A stretch of 64,000 nucleotides of DNA from an uncultured Acidobacteriota bacterium (lineage in GTDB: Bacteria; Acidobacteriota; Terriglobia; UBA7540): NCBI GenBank assembly GCA_963804995.1, contig CAWDSK010000002.1:704001-768000 (forward strand), written 5' to 3'. The notes beneath the pieces are model-generated. The model ran no database searches, was not told the DNA's origin, and worked only from the letters and a program-made list of their open reading frames with translations. This document shows, one piece after another, positions 39,424 to 52,623 of the stretch. Both the position numbers and the translations under genes were made by a program. The first letter of the stretch is position 1; each line of letters begins with the position of its first letter.

Positions 39424-40131
39424 TCAGTTCCCCCCGGGATTACGCTCTGCAAAGAATTCCGGAAAGACCTTTCGGTAGATCGCCATCCCCAGCGCCGCGT
39501 GCATACCGAGTTTTTCGAGCGCCAGGATTTCTTCGTCGGTGGTGATGCCGCCCGCGGCGGTGATAGGAAGTTCGGTGACAGCGCGCAAGCTGCGGAACCA
39601 ATCTAAATTTGTTCCTTGAAGCCTTCCTTCCGCATCGATATACGTACAAAGGAATCCCGAACAATAGGGCTCAAGTTGCGGCAACGCCTGGGCGGAGGTG
39701 ATCGGCAGGGTTTCCCGCCAGCCGCGAATGGCCACGCGGTCGCCCAGAGAATCCACGGCGATCAGGATTCTTTCACGCGGTACGGCGGCCACGAGGCTGC
39801 GCAGGAATTCATCATTGACGCCCTGCGAGGTGAAGGCGCTGCTGCCCACAATCACCTGCGACGCACCGTCATTAACCACTGCCTGCGCGCGCTCAACGGT
39901 GCGAATGCCGCCGCCCACCCGGCAGGGCTTGCGTCGGCAAAGCTCGCGGACGATCGCCTCGTTGTTCTCCGCCTTGCCCATCGCCGCGTCGAGATCAATT
40001 ACTTGGATTTCCGGGTAGCTCGAAAATTTCTCAAGCACGGCCACGGCGTCAGGCAATTCCAGGAATTTCTCTTTGCCTTGGACAAGTTGCACGACCTTGC
40101 GAGCCATCAAATCGATGCAGGGGATGATCAT
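39424..40131 (-). CDS. hisA: ProFAR isomerase HisA
   Basis: IIPCIDL..VVQL.QG, IDLDAA, VGGGIR, AAGG; last gene of the his operon. Confidence 0.9.
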   Translation of the reverse strand: MIIPCIDLMARKVVQLVQGKEKFLELPDAVAVLEKFSSYPEIQVIDLDAAMGKAENNEAIVRELCRRKPCRVGGGIRTVERAQAVVNDGASQVIVGSSAFTSQGVNDEFLRSLVAAVPRERILIAVDSLGDRVAIRGWRETLPITSAQALPQLEPYCSGFLCTYIDAEGRLQGTNLDWFRSLRAVTELPITAAGGITTDEEILALEKLGMHAALGMAIYRKVFPEFFAERNPGGN

Positions 40132-40166
40132 GGAGACACCGGTTTTAGGTTCTTGGGACTGGGGCC

Positions 40167-41021
40167 TTAAATCCTAACCGGCACGCCTCGCGTGCGCAGG
40201 TACTCTTTCAAACTGCGAATCGTGTGCGTCTCATAGTGAAAAATCGACGCGGCCAAGGCGGCGTCGGCGGCGCCTTGCAAAAACACTTCGGCGATATGCT
40301 CCGGGCTGCCTGCCCCTCCGGAGGCAATGACTGGGATGTGCAGCGCGCGTGCGATGGTTGCGGTCAAGGCGCAGTCGAAGCCCGCTTGCGTTCCGTCCGC
40401 ATCCATCGAGGTCAGCAGGATTTCGCCCGCGCCCAGTTCCTCAACGCGACGCGCCCACTCGAGAGCGTCGATGCCCGTGGGTTTCGTCCCGCCGTAAGTC
40501 ACGACTTCCCAGTGAGGTGATTGCTGATCTGCCGAAGGCTTTGAGGAATTCTCCGACTCGATATGCGAAGCCCCGCTCTCCGCTGCCAGCGAGTCCCGAG
40601 TTTCGGGCGTCGCCTTTCGAACCCGCCGCGCATCGATCGCTACCACGATAGCCTGCCGCCCGTAGTTTTCCGCGATAACTCGGACCACCTCAGGCGATTC
40701 CACGGCCGCCGTGTTGATGGCAACCTTGTCGGCCCCGGCGGAAAGTAATCGCCGCGCGTCATCGAGCGCCCGAACTCCCCCGCCCACGGTGAGGGGAATA
40801 AAGAGCCGTCGGGCCACACGCCGCACAGTGTCCATCAGTGTCACACGGCCTTCGCGCGAGGCAGAGATATCGAGCATCACAAGTTCGTCCGCGCCCTCGC
40901 GGTTGTACATCTCCGCCAGGTCACCAGGGTCACCGGCATCGCGCAGATTGACGAACCGGATGCCCTTGACCACACGGCCGTCCTTGCAGTCCAGGCACGG
41001 AATGATGCGTTTGGCGAACAT
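40167..41021 (-). CDS. hisF: Imidazole glycerol phosphate synthase subunit HisF
   Basis: [46 protein letters not shown]. Confidence 0.96.
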   Translation of the reverse strand: MFAKRIIPCLDCKDGRVVKGIRFVNLRDAGDPGDLAEMYNREGADELVMLDISASREGRVTLMDTVRRVARRLFIPLTVGGGVRALDDARRLLSAGADKVAINTAAVESPEVVRVIAENYGRQAIVVAIDARRVRKATPETRDSLAAESGASHIESENSSKPSADQQSPHWEVVTYGGTKPTGIDALEWARRVEELGAGEILLTSMDADGTQAGFDCALTATIARALHIPVIASGGAGSPEHIAEVFLQGAADAALAASIFHYETHTIRSLKEYLRTRGVPVRI

Positions 41022-41104
41022 GGTTTGGCCGTCAGCAATCAGCGCGCAGCTTTCAGCTAAAGCTTTTGCCGCTTTGGGCTGACCACTGACAGCTCTCGCT
41101 CCCC

Positions 41105-41698
41105 TCACATATCCAGAAAGTTTCTCAGCACCCGCAGCCCCACCTCGCCTGACTTTTCCGGGTGAAATTGCACGGCCCGGATATTCTTCAGCTCAACGCC
41201 CGCGGCGAACGTTTGGCCATACTCCGTTACGGCACAGCTTTCCGGGGTGACGGGTCCATAATAAGAATGGCAAAAGTAAACGAAGCTGCCAGACGCGACA
41301 CCTTGGAACAATCCACCATCACGGCGCAACTCAAGCTGGCTCCAGCCGACGTGCGGCACTTTGAAGACCCCTTGGAAGCGCGTCACGCGGCCGGGCAGGA
41401 TTCCGAGGCCGGCAACGTCGAGCGCTTCTTCGCTGGTCTCGTAGAGCGCCTGCAGGCCTAGGCAAATGCCGAGAAAAGGTTTGCCTTCGGCAAGCGACTC
41501 GCGCAGCGGCTCCAGCATCTTGCGCTCCGCAAGAGCGTTCATCATGGCGCCGAAGTGGCCTTGCCCGGGAAGAATGATTTTGTCGGCGGAACGGAGCCCT
41601 GCACCCTGATCGACCGGCCGCCCTTCGAAGCCCAGGTAGTCGACCGCCTTGAGCACCGAACCAACATTGCCGGCGCCGTAATCGAGCACGGCAATCAT
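41105..41698 (-). CDS. hisH: Imidazole glycerol phosphate synthase subunit HisH
   Basis: DYGAGN, LPGQG, GICLG, QFHPEKS. Confidence 0.96.
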   Translation of the reverse strand: MIAVLDYGAGNVGSVLKAVDYLGFEGRPVDQGAGLRSADKIILPGQGHFGAMMNALAERKMLEPLRESLAEGKPFLGICLGLQALYETSEEALDVAGLGILPGRVTRFQGVFKVPHVGWSQLELRRDGGLFQGVASGSFVYFCHSYYGPVTPESCAVTEYGQTFAAGVELKNIRAVQFHPEKSGEVGLRVLRNFLDM

Positions 41699-42288
41699 AG
41701 AAGCCCCTTCGTGCTGGGGAGCTGCGACTTCAGACGGCGGTCGCGCGAGCACGCGTAGCGCAGGGCGCGCGCAAACGCCTTGAACACGCCTTCCACCGCG
41801 TGGTGACTAGAGCGCCCGTACATCACCTTCAGATGGACGTTCGCCGCCGCACTGGTTGAGAATCCGTGAAAGAAATCTTCCAACAGCTCAGTTTGGAGAT
41901 CGCCCACGTACCGTACCTTGAGAGGAGCATTCAACACCAGGTAAGGCCGTCCGCTCAGGTCGATGGCGGCAATCGCCAGCGTTTCATCCATGGGCATCAG
42001 AAAGTAACCGGCGCGGTTGATCCCCTTCTTTGAACCCAGCGCCTCGCGTAGGAGCTGGCCGAGCACGATGCCCACATCTTCCACCGTGTGGTGCTGGTCC
42101 ACATCCAGGTCGCCGCGTGCCTGGAGGTCCAAATCGAAACCCCCATGCCGCGTGAAGAGTTCGAGCATGTGATCGAGAAACCGAATACCCGTTGAGATGT
42201 GATAGCGGCCGCGTCCATCCAGATTCAAGCGCGCGCGGATATCTGTTTCCGCGGTCTTGCGTTGCAATGTGGCGATGCGCGCTTTCAT
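41695..42288 (-). CDS. hisB: Imidazoleglycerol-phosphate dehydratase
   Basis: [32 protein letters not shown]. Confidence 0.97.
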   Translation of the reverse strand: MKARIATLQRKTAETDIRARLNLDGRGRYHISTGIRFLDHMLELFTRHGGFDLDLQARGDLDVDQHHTVEDVGIVLGQLLREALGSKKGINRAGYFLMPMDETLAIAAIDLSGRPYLVLNAPLKVRYVGDLQTELLEDFFHGFSTSAAANVHLKVMYGRSSHHAVEGVFKAFARALRYACSRDRRLKSQLPSTKGLL

Positions 42289-43413
42289 GCAAACCATCCC
42301 GTGGAGGAGTAGGAGGCCGTATTCTTCCAGGCCTTCGCGGCGTTGCGTGTTTCAATCATTTGCTCAAGACGCTCAAGCTCCGCCATCAGCCGGCGTGTTT
42401 GGGCCACAGAGCCGATGGTGAAGCGCAGGTAGCCCTTCAGGTGCGGATCGTAGCTCCAATCCCTAACCAGAATACCTTCGGCACGTAAGAGCTTGGCGAT
42501 TTCCGGAGCCCTCTCGCCCACGCGAGTCAGGACAAAATTCGCGGAACTCGGGACGTATGGGATTCCTCGGGCCTCAAGCCAGCGGGAGAAACCCGTTCGA
42601 TTCTTGCGAATTGACTCTGCATACTTACGCACCTGCGCGTCATACTTAATCGCGATCCCCGCGGCGATCAAAGCCAGCGTGTTCACGGCAAATGGGTTCT
42701 GCCCGCGCTGCAGCGACTCAATGAGCGGTGCGTTCGCGAACAGGCACCCCAAACGCAGCGCCGCTAGGCCAAAGGCTTTTGAGAAGGTGCGCGTTACGAT
42801 CAGGTTCGGATATTTGCGAATCCAGGTCAAAATCGACTCGCCGGAAAAATCGTGATAGGCCTCGTCGATCAGCACCACTGTCTCTGGGGCGGCTAGCAGA
42901 ATTGTTTTCAGATCCGTCTTGGGTATCTGCGTGCCGGTGGGATTGTTGGGATTGGCCAAGGCTACCCAGCGGACCTTCTCCTTCTTCAACGTCGCGACAA
43001 AGGCATCGGTGGGCAGACGGAAATTCTCATCGTAGCGGATGCGCAGAGTTTTTCCGCCCGACACGTTGTTGAAAAATTCGTATACGGGAAAAGTGGGGGC
43101 GGGAACCAACAGCGCGTCATCGGGATCGACGAAGGTGTCGCAGATCGTTTTGATGGCGTCGTCGGTGCCATTGGCGAGGAGTAACTCCGCCGGCTCGACG
43201 CCAAAATAGGTGGCCAGGGTGTTACGGCTTTCGTCGTATTCCGGGTAACGCGTCACCATTTCAGGGGTCAGGGCACGTCGCAGAGCGCGAATCACCTGGG
43301 GGGGGCAACCGACGGTATTTTCATTGAAGTTCGAGCCGCATCTTGCCGCCCCGGCCCTCCTGGGGAGGCCGATACTTTTTCAGGCGTTCAATGGCTTTGC
43401 GCGGTCGAATCAT
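42285..43413 (-). CDS. hisC: Histidinol-phosphate aminotransferase; frameshift near 43330
   Basis: One extra A breaks [38 protein letters not shown] overlaps with hisD and hisB. Confidence 0.92.
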
Positions 43414-44699
43414 CGCTTCCGGGTCCTCCCTTGGCCGGCAGGCCTTAACCTGGCCTCGACGGAATAGGCGTGTGCTTTCAGGCCTTCGGTTTGGGCAAGC
43501 GTAACGATGGCCTTTCCGAGACCTGCCAGCCCACGACGGCTGAGGCGCTGTACGGACACGGCCTTCACAAAATCCGCGGCGCTCAGTCCCCCCCGCAATC
43601 GCGCCACACCACTTGTAGGCAGAATGTGATTAGTTCCAGAGGCATAATCACCAGCTGCAACAGGGCTGTAGCCGCCGAGGAAGATGGAGCCAGCAGATTG
43701 GACACGGTTGAGCAGCCCGGTCGCGCCCTCAAAGAGGGTAAGGTGCTCAGGGGCCAGGCGGTTCACGAGCTCAGCGGCCTCTTGGAGGTTCCGTGTCACA
43801 ACGATCGCACCCTGGGCCTCCAGTGCCTGCTCCGCCACGGGCAGCCCCAGCCGCGCCAGGATTCCGCACACTGCTGCCTGCACCTGGAGCGCCAGCTTGG
43901 GCGAAGGCGTAATGAAGATCGCCACCGCGTCGGGATCGTGTTCAGCTTGCGCCACCAGGTCGGACGCGATCCATTCCGCGTTGCCGCGTGCGGCGACCAG
44001 GACGAGCTCCGATGGTCCAGCGATAAAATCGATACCACACTCGCCCGCCACCAGCTTCTTGGCGGCGGCAACGTAACGATTCCCCGGACCGACAATCTTG
44101 TCGACCCGCGGCACGGATTCGGTGCCAAAGGCAAAGGCAGCCACCGCCTGCGCGCCTCCGAGACGGAAAATCTTCTTCACTCCCAAGAGGTCGGCGGCAA
44201 CAAGAACGGCCGGCGCGGGCCGCGGTGAGGTGACGATGACCTCGCGCACGCCGGCTTCCTGGGCGGGGATGACGCTCATCAGCACCGTGGAGGGCAGCGG
44301 GAAGCGCCCACCGGGAACATAGCAAGCCACGCGCTCGAGCGGCCGGATGATCTGTCCAACGCTCACGCCCGCGCTGGTGCTTGACGTCCATGGCCGGGGC
44401 AACTGGCGGCGAGCCGCTTGGCGAATGTTCGCAGCAGCCACCTGTACGGCGGCCACAAAACCGCGAGGAACCTTGCGACAGGCGCGGCGAATCTCCTGGC
44501 GGGTCACGGTGAAGCCGGTCTTGCGGAGGTTGAGGTGGTCGAACTTTTTCATGTAACGCAGCAGGGCGCGATCGCCGCGCCGCCGGACGTCGTCAAGGAT
44601 GGGGCGCACAACCGCCTCAGCTTCTGCCATGGTGTTGGTTCGTGCCCGCAGCAGCCGGTTAATGGCTGCTGCATCGCTGCTGCGAATAATATCAAGCAT
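43410..44699 (-). CDS. hisD: Histidinol dehydrogenase
   Basis: YVPGG, GGAQA, GPGN, AGPSE, QAEHD, APEHL, GDYASGTNHILPT. Confidence 0.97.
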   Translation of the reverse strand: MLDIIRSSDAAAINRLLRARTNTMAEAEAVVRPILDDVRRRGDRALLRYMKKFDHLNLRKTGFTVTRQEIRRACRKVPRGFVAAVQVAAANIRQAARRQLPRPWTSSTSAGVSVGQIIRPLERVACYVPGGRFPLPSTVLMSVIPAQEAGVREVIVTSPRPAPAVLVAADLLGVKKIFRLGGAQAVAAFAFGTESVPRVDKIVGPGNRYVAAAKKLVAGECGIDFIAGPSELVLVAARGNAEWIASDLVAQAEHDPDAVAIFITPSPKLALQVQAAVCGILARLGLPVAEQALEAQGAIVVTRNLQEAAELVNRLAPEHLTLFEGATGLLNRVQSAGSIFLGGYSPVAAGDYASGTNHILPTSGVARLRGGLSAADFVKAVSVQRLSRRGLAGLGKAIVTLAQTEGLKAHAYSVEARLRPAGQGRTRKR

Positions 44700-45571
44700 T
44701 AGACGACGATCTTATTCAGAGGGTATTCCACAATGCCCTGCGCGTTGGCGGCTTTGAGACGTGGAATGATTTCGCGCACGGTTTTTTCCTCAATTACGGT
44801 GTTGACGGCGACCCAATCGGAATCGCTCAAGTTTGAAATTGTGGGGCGCTTCAAAGCGGGAAGAACGGAGAGCACGTTTTCCAGATCGGCGCGGCGCACG
44901 TTGAGCATCAGGCCGACCTTGCCCGCGGCCTCGATGGCACCTTCGAGCAACATGACCAGAGTTTGGATCTTCTGGCGCTTCCAAGGATCTTCCCAGGCCG
45001 CCGGGTTGGCAATGAACTTGGTGTTCGATTCCAGCACCGTCTCGACGATCCGCAGGCCGTTGGCGCGCAGCGAAGAGCCCGTTTCGGTGACTTCCACAAT
45101 GGCATCCGCCAGCACGGGGGGCTTCACTTCTGTCGCGCCCCAGGAAAACTCCACTTTGGCTTTGACGCCGTTCCGGGCGAGGTAGCGCTGGGTCACCCCC
45201 ACCAGCTCCGTGGCGATGATTTTTCCCTCCAGGTCCTTGACGCTCTGGAAGGGAGACTTCTCCGGCACCGCCAGCACCCAGCGCACTTTGCCGAAGGTCT
45301 GCTTGGCGTATACCAAGTCAGCCACCTCCGCCACGTTGGCGTCGTTTTCAAGGATCCAATCCTTGCCGGTCAGGCCGGCGTCCAGGATGCCATCCTCGAC
45401 GTACCGCGCCATTTCCTGCGCGCGGATCAGCATGCACTCGATTTCATCATCATCGATGGAGGGGAAATAGGAGCGCGAATTGACACTGATGTCGTAGCCC
45501 GCGCGGCGAAAGAGCTGCAACGAAGCTTCCTGCAGGCTGCCTTTAGGCAATCCCAATTTCAATACGTTCAT
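44699..45571 (-). CDS. hisG: ATP phosphoribosyltransferase (long form)
   Basis: [38 protein letters not shown]-terminal regulatory domain. Confidence 0.97.
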   Translation of the reverse strand: MNVLKLGLPKGSLQEASLQLFRRAGYDISVNSRSYFPSIDDDEIECMLIRAQEMARYVEDGILDAGLTGKDWILENDANVAEVADLVYAKQTFGKVRWVLAVPEKSPFQSVKDLEGKIIATELVGVTQRYLARNGVKAKVEFSWGATEVKPPVLADAIVEVTETGSSLRANGLRIVETVLESNTKFIANPAAWEDPWKRQKIQTLVMLLEGAIEAAGKVGLMLNVRRADLENVLSVLPALKRPTISNLSDSDWVAVNTVIEEKTVREIIPRLKAANAQGIVEYPLNKIVV

Positions 45572-45963
45572 GTCTGGCTCTCCGGGTTTTTGTCACCATA
45601 GACTTTGGCAGGATCGAATTCGCGCGTCAGGATGATTTCCTCGCCTGTCCCGGTAAGTTTGCGGAAGAAGCAGGAGCGGTAACCCATATGGCAGCAGCCC
45701 GGGCCGCCCAGGTCAGCCTGGATCAGCAGTGCATCGTGGTCGCAGTCCACCCGGATTTCGCGCACCAGCAGCCGATGCCCGGAGGTTTCACCCTTGGTCC
45801 AGAGCTTCTGCCGCGTGCGGCTGAAGAAGGTCACGTACCCGGAGGTCAGGGTCTGCTGGCACGCCTCGGCATTCATGTATCCGAGCATCAAGACTTTTCC
45901 ACTGTGACGGTCCTGAACGACGGCGGGAATCAGCCCGTCCGATTGAAACTTAAGCTCTAACAT
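45568..45963 (-). CDS. hisI: Phosphoribosyl-AMP cyclohydrolase
   Basis: [29 protein letters not shown]. Confidence 0.96.
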   Translation of the reverse strand: MLELKFQSDGLIPAVVQDRHSGKVLMLGYMNAEACQQTLTSGYVTFFSRTRQKLWTKGETSGHRLLVREIRVDCDHDALLIQADLGGPGCCHMGYRSCFFRKLTGTGEEIILTREFDPAKVYGDKNPESQT

Positions 45964-45983
45964 ATAGTGCTCCGATGGTTGGA

Positions 45984-46020
45984 AATAAAAAAGCCCGCTG
46001 AGTCCACGTGCCAGCGGGCT
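45984..46020 (-). terminator. His attenuator terminator
   Basis: AGCCCGCTG-N11-CAGCGGGCT followed by TTTTTATT, just upstream of hisI. Confidence 0.9.
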
Positions 46021-46044
46021 GCTTCGTTAATCAAGCTTGGTGGC

Positions 46045-46119
46045 CTAAGCATATGCCCACTGACACGCCACCTCAAACCTGCAATAATGATGATGGGTGT
46101 GTGCCAGTGCGCTCAACAT
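46045..46119 (-). CDS. hisL: His operon leader peptide MLSALAHTHHHYCRFEVACQWAYA
   Basis: 24-aa ORF with four His codons in five positions, upstream of antiterminator and terminator. Confidence 0.88.
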   Translation of the reverse strand: MLSALAHTHHHYCRFEVACQWAYA

Positions 46120-46127
46120 GAACTTCC

Positions 46128-46157
46128 AAACTACAATGGTAGTCGCAATCTGTCAAT
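46128..46157 (-). promoter_or_regulatory. Sigma-70 promoter of the his leader
   Basis: TTGACA-N17-TAGTTT. Confidence 0.65.
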
Positions 46158-46277
46158 ACGAAATCGCGGAAATCCCTTGGAGGGCGCGCGCCTGAGATTT
46201 CGGGTCGCGTCAACACTCCTTCGGCAGATACTCTTGCAGGGCGCGGTCGCAAGAATTTTCTTGCGACCGCGCCCTGC

Positions 46278-46676
46278 CTATTGTTGGGTCAAAACCTCGT
46301 GGCTTTCCTCGCCCTTAGCTCTGCCTACCAGGTAGCCATCGGCGTTATCAGGTGGCCAGAACTCGGAAAGAGTTCTCACATCCCCGACTTTATCGAACAC
46401 CACCTGCGCGTGGTGCTTCTCTTCCGGGTGGGTCTCCGCGAGCCGCTCGATAATGGGAAGAAACATCGCTTTTTTGGTATCCAGGTTGCGAAGTACCAGG
46501 GTGGCTCGCTGGCCTGAGGTGAGCACAAATTCGTACTTCCCGGTCGGCATCTCCTTCTTGCCCACCATAAACTTGAACGGGACGTCCAACGGTATAGTCA
46601 GCGTACTCTGCCCGAAAACTAACCCCGCAGCCATGAGGCAGAGGAGACATAAGGTGATCAGAACCTTGCATTTCAT
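46278..46676 (-). CDS. Small secreted hypothetical protein
   Basis: AGGAGG RBS, signal peptide, VPFKFMVGKKEMPTGKY motif. Confidence 0.8.
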   Translation of the reverse strand: MKCKVLITLCLLCLMAAGLVFGQSTLTIPLDVPFKFMVGKKEMPTGKYEFVLTSGQRATLVLRNLDTKKAMFLPIIERLAETHPEEKHHAQVVFDKVGDVRTLSEFWPPDNADGYLVGRAKGEESHEVLTQQ

Positions 46677-47176
46677 TAGTTAACCTCCTAAGTTTTTGAG
46701 ATTTCGACGGGGATTTTCTGAACCCCACCCACCTTGCCACTCAGCCGGCCAGGGCAAGCGGCGCAGGTCCGGCATTCACTGAGACACCCTCACGGCATTT
46801 GCACGCATGTGGGAATGAACGCGCAATCAATCAAAAAATTTGCCCAACTGGTTCAAATAATACGACCCTGAATGATGCCAACTGATGCAGAAAGCATACC
46901 ATAACCACAGGAATATCCTGAAAATTTATTGAATCGACGAGCGGGCATACCGGGTATTGGGTTTATGGATTATCAGAACGGCGCCGCTTGGGCAGTCGTT
47001 TACGGATCCGAGGACTACGGCGTGTCCAGCAGCATTTGGGGCAGGGTTTTTGCTGCCGGCGGAATAGGACATGTTGGGGGGCGTCGCAGGCGTCCTTGCG
47101 GCGCCCGTCCCGGAAAAGGGAACCAGATAGAAAGGGAGGGCGGTCGAAGCCCTCCCCGTAGAGCTGTGGAGGCGAG

Positions 47177-48487
<1,311 letters not shown>

Positions 48488-48754
48488 TTAGGACCCGCGA
48501 TTCTAACACACCGGGGCTTCGAAATAACCGGGCAAACAATTGGGGCGGCATTCTGTCGCCTCCTCAGGCTACCGAGCTTCAGTCCCCGCACTCTTCGGCA
48601 GAGGTTGGATTTTGAAATCGGCGGCGGCGTGTCCATAATGTGGGAGTGGGTCGGCCTCGGAAAGAGTGCGGCAGAAACCCCGCAAGTGCACGCTGGGAGC
48701 TGGGTTGAGAAGCGAGTTGCGGTTGTGCAGTGAGCGCTAATCTGGGAGGTAGCC

Positions 48755-50450
48755 ATGAAGAAAGTTGGCAAGATTATTTTGGTGGTGATCGGCGTCGTTG
48801 TGGCGTTGCAAGTGGTGGTTTTCGCTATCGTATCCTTCGCCCGGCGCGTGAAACCGGAAACGGTTCTCTCCTTTCGCATTGAGGGCGAAATTCCCGAGCA
48901 GGCGCCGCAAGACTCCATCCGGGATTGGCTGGTGGGCCCCACGACCACGGTCACCGACCTCACGGAGGCGATTGACAGGGCGCGTACGGATCCGCACATC
49001 ACCGGGCTTGAGATCCGCATCAGCGAGACGACGATGAACATGGCCAAAATCCAGGAAATCCGCGACCGGATTCGCGCCTTCAACCGCACCGGCAAGTTCA
49101 GTGTTGCGTATCTCGAGTTCGCGACCGATCGTTCCTATTATCTCGCTGCGGCCTGCCAGACCCTCCTCATGCTCCCCAAGTCGGAGCTCTATGTTCGAGG
49201 GCTCATGGCATCCACCACCTTTCTGCGGGGCACGTTCGACAAGCTAGGCATCTTTCCTGACTTTATCCACATTGGCGATTACAAGAACGCCACGAACGTT
49301 TTCACGGAAAAGAAGTACACGCCCGCCCATCGCGAGGCGACGCAGGCGCTGGTGGAGGACTGGTATCACGAGTTCTTGCAAGGTACGGCGGAGTCTCGAG
49401 GGCTGAAGGTTGAAGACATGGAGAAGACGATCGCCGCCGGGCCGTTCACTTCGGACGCTGCCCCGGCCGCGCACCTGGTGGATCGAGTGGCCTACTGGGG
49501 AGACGTTCCGCAAACTTGTCGATGAGAAGAACCACGGCCACGACCGGCGCATCAGCCTGCACAATTACCTGGATCGGACGAACAGTGAGAGCGGCACAAA
49601 ACTTGCCGTGATTTACGCCGTGGGCACCATCCTGCCCGGCCACAACGGTCATACGCCGTTGGGCGAAGAAGTGATGGGCTCTGAGACGATTGCGGAGCAG
49701 TTCAAGCACGCGCGCGAGGACGACGCCGTGAAGGCGGTGATCCTGCGTGTGGATTCGCCGGGGGGCGCGGCTTTCGCGTCCGAGGTGATCCGCCATGAAG
49801 TGGAGCTGACGAAACCCTCGAAGCCCGTGGTGGTTTCGATGTCGGACGTCGCCGCCTCCGGGGGCTACTGGATTGCCATGTCGGCCAACCGGATTGTGGC
49901 TGAGCCCGGCACGCTGACAGGTTCCATAGGAGTCTTTATCGGGAAGTTTAATATCCTGGGACTGTTTGAGAAACTCGGTCTGAGCGAGGATACTATTACC
50001 ACCACGGAGAATTCCACGCTCGAATCTCCCTTCCAGAATTTCACTCCGGCGCAACGGCAGGTTGTGATGAAGAATATGCGCTCGACCTACGACGAGTTTC
50101 TCCGGGGTGTGGCGGCGGGGCGCCACATGACGGTGGAAGATGTGGATAAGATCGCCCAGGGACGCGTGTGGACCGGCGAGCGGGCCAAGCAGCTCGGCCT
50201 GGTGGACGATCTTGGCGGGTTGCACACGGCGATCACCCGCGCCCGCGAGCTGGCCAGGATCCCCGCAGATGAAAAGGTAAGCCTGGTGTTTATGCCGCCG
50301 CACCGCTCGCTGCTGGACCGCCTCCTGAATCTTTCGGATGACGACGCCTCCGCCGTCACGCTCTCCCCCCGCGCCTGGCTGGGCAGGCTGGAATCACTCG
50401 CCAGCTATCCGGCCTGGGCGCTGCTGCCGGAAGTGCCTAAAGTACAGTAG
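48755..50450 (+). CDS. sppA: Signal peptide peptidase SppA (two-domain); frameshift near 49510
   Basis: N-terminal TM, GDYKNA, RVDSPGG, SMSDVAASGGY, TLTGSIGV, AQGRVWTG..A..LGLVD. Confidence 0.9.
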
Positions 50451-50605
50451 GCAGAATGCAGCAAGCAGTAGGCAGCGAGCACTTTGTGCGAGTCCCGACA
50501 AAGTCGGGAAAAGCCGCAGGCAGCGAGCGTTCGCTGCCTATCTCAAATTTGTCTGGACTCGCACAGGACGCTCGCCGCCTTCTGCCTACTGCTTTCTGCC
50601 TTCTG
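50447..50605. repeat. Inverted heptamer repeat arms (xxGCAG / CTGCxx)
   Basis: GTAGGCAGAATGCAGCAAGCAGTAGGCAG ... CCTTCTGCCTACTGCTTTCTGCCTTCTG; similar tracts at ~22415-22447 and ~54997-55035. Confidence 0.7.
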
Positions 50606-50806
50606 TTCTACTCCGGCTCTTCAAACATTCCTTGTTCAGGGACGACGACAATTCCGGTTGACGACGTGCCGTTGCCGTGACGGTATCGAACGTGAGAAAA
50701 TTTCGGGGTTGGTGGCCGCCATCAAGATCGGTGGACTTTCGGCCGTGGCGACCCGTGGTTACCCGCTTTCAAGATGTTAGGGCATATAACAGGCTGATGA
50801 AGAACG

Positions 50807-50881
50807 ACGTAGCGGCGGGTTTACCCCGCCATACGCTGTCGAAATCGTTGGCGATATGGCGGGGTAAACCCGCCGCTACGT
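50807..50881. repeat. REP-like doublet GTAGCGGCGG...CCGCCGCTAC
   Basis: ACGTAGCGGCGGGTTTACCCCGCCATA ... TATGGCGGGGTAAACCCGCCGCTACGT, perfect inverted arms. Confidence 0.9.
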
Positions 50882-50934
50882 CGCACCGTTAGGGTTTTCC
50901 ACAACCTGTTAAGATACTAAGGAGATAAACCGCC

Positions 50935-51899
50935 ATGAATGCTGCTGTCGTCAGTGCCTTTGATGCACCTCCCCGCTACAGCGTGTTTGCAGAGCCTGTC
51001 GCTGCCGAAGGAGAAAAGATTGTGACCGTAACCGCAGCGGGTCTCCATCCGATCGTAAAAGCGCTGGCGAACGGAACTCACTACGGCAGTCCGGCAGAAC
51101 TGCCGTTCATTGCCGGAGTCGACGGAGTGGGGCGTTTGCAGGACGGCAGGCGCGTTTATTTTGGCATCTCACGAGGACCGTTCGGTACTTTCGCTGAGCG
51201 CGCGCCCGCGGCCAGCCGGATGTGCCTGCCGCTGCCCGACGGGATCAGTGACGTGACCGCCTGCGGGAATTGCGAATCCGGCCATGTCTTCCTGGGTGGC
51301 ACTTAAGGTGCGGGCAAAGTTTGTGGCGGGAGAAAGCGTTCTGATCCTGGGCGCCACAGGAGTTGCCGGGCGGCTGGCAGTACAAATCGCCAAACGCCTG
51401 GGGGCGCGACGCGTCATCGCCGCTGGTCGTAATCCCCAAGCGCTGGATAAGCTGCACGAACTGGGAGCAGACGCAACCCTATCGACTCGAGCAAGAGCAT
51501 CAGGATCTGCTGTCGGCATTTCGTCGCGAGTGGGCAGAAGCGGGGGTGGATGTTGTGCTCGACTATCTCTGGGGCCATCCCGCAGAGAGCGTGATGGAAG
51601 CGATCTCTCAAAAGGGGCTCCGCATCGCTCCATCCCGTGTCCGGTTTGTACAGATTGGCGCGAGTGCGGGCAATCCCATCTCGCTCGGTGCGGATACTCT
51701 GCGCAGTTCGGGCCTCGAACTTCTTGGAAGCGGCTTCGGAAGCGCGTCGCTCGATCAGATCTGGCAGGCCCTGGCGGAGTTTTTCAACGCGGCAGTGCAG
51801 GAGCCGTTTCAGTTCAATACCAAGGCCGCGCCCCTCGGTGATGTTGAAGCGCTCTGGAACACTCCTGAACAAGGTGTGCGGCTGGTGTTCCAACCGTGA
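50935..51899 (+). CDS. MDR-family (quinone oxidoreductase-like) dehydrogenase; two frameshifts near 51263 and 51485
   Basis: LPFIAGVDGVG, ANPAMSSW, VLILGATGVAG, DVVLDYLWG. Confidence 0.82.
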
Positions 51900-52181
51900 T
51901 TCGGTTTGAGCAGGCCAGGATGAAGCGGCCCGCCGACGCCCCGGTAGCAAACGTAGCGTAGGGTCCGCACTTGTGAGTCCGCCAATCCTTATGGCGGACG
52001 GCTTTTCCATCGCGACGTGGTTTTGACTGCGCGGTTGAAGTTGTGATGATTTCATTTCGGTAAGCTTAGAAAAATCAAGATTGCCCAGGGTGCGACGCGG
52101 AAAAGGCCAAGGATTGGACGTGGCAACAGAGATGTTGCCTCGGTTCGTGGGGTGCCCGATGCATCGGGCGCCCTACGTCAA

Positions 52182-52484
52182 TTATGGAGTGGTTTCAACA
52201 GTGAGCCTGAGCCCGATTGCCTTGGTGACGGCAACTAATGTAGACAAGCGAGGATTGCCGTGCGCTGACAAAGCCCGGTAAAGGCTCTCGCGCTCAATGC
52301 CGGCGGCCTTAGCAACTTTGGCGATGCCCTGGGCTTGGGCGAGGTGGCGCAAGGCAATCAACAGAACGCGGGGTTCGTCCTCGTCCTCCAATGCCGCTTT
52401 CAGGTACTCGGCGGCAAAATCCGAGTCCTTGCGGAGCCGCCGAACGATGGCGTCGTCGTGGCTGACGCTGGCTTTACGTTTCAT
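52182..52484 (-). CDS. Addiction-module antidote protein (HTH), cognate toxin deleted
   Basis: FAAEYLKAALE...LRHLAQAQGIAKVAKAAGIERESLYRALSAHGNP. Confidence 0.88.
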   Translation of the reverse strand: MKRKASVSHDDAIVRRLRKDSDFAAEYLKAALEDEDEPRVLLIALRHLAQAQGIAKVAKAAGIERESLYRALSAHGNPRLSTLVAVTKAIGLRLTVETTP

Positions 52485-52623
52485 GAGGTTTCGCTCCTTT
52501 CTTTATAATCTCTATCGTCAAAGACATCTTTTCCGGCACGGCTGAGGTAGTGGCGAATCTCGATCACAGTTTCTATTGTAACTTATAAATCACAGGCTGG
52601 CAAATCAACAAAGTCGCTCGCTC

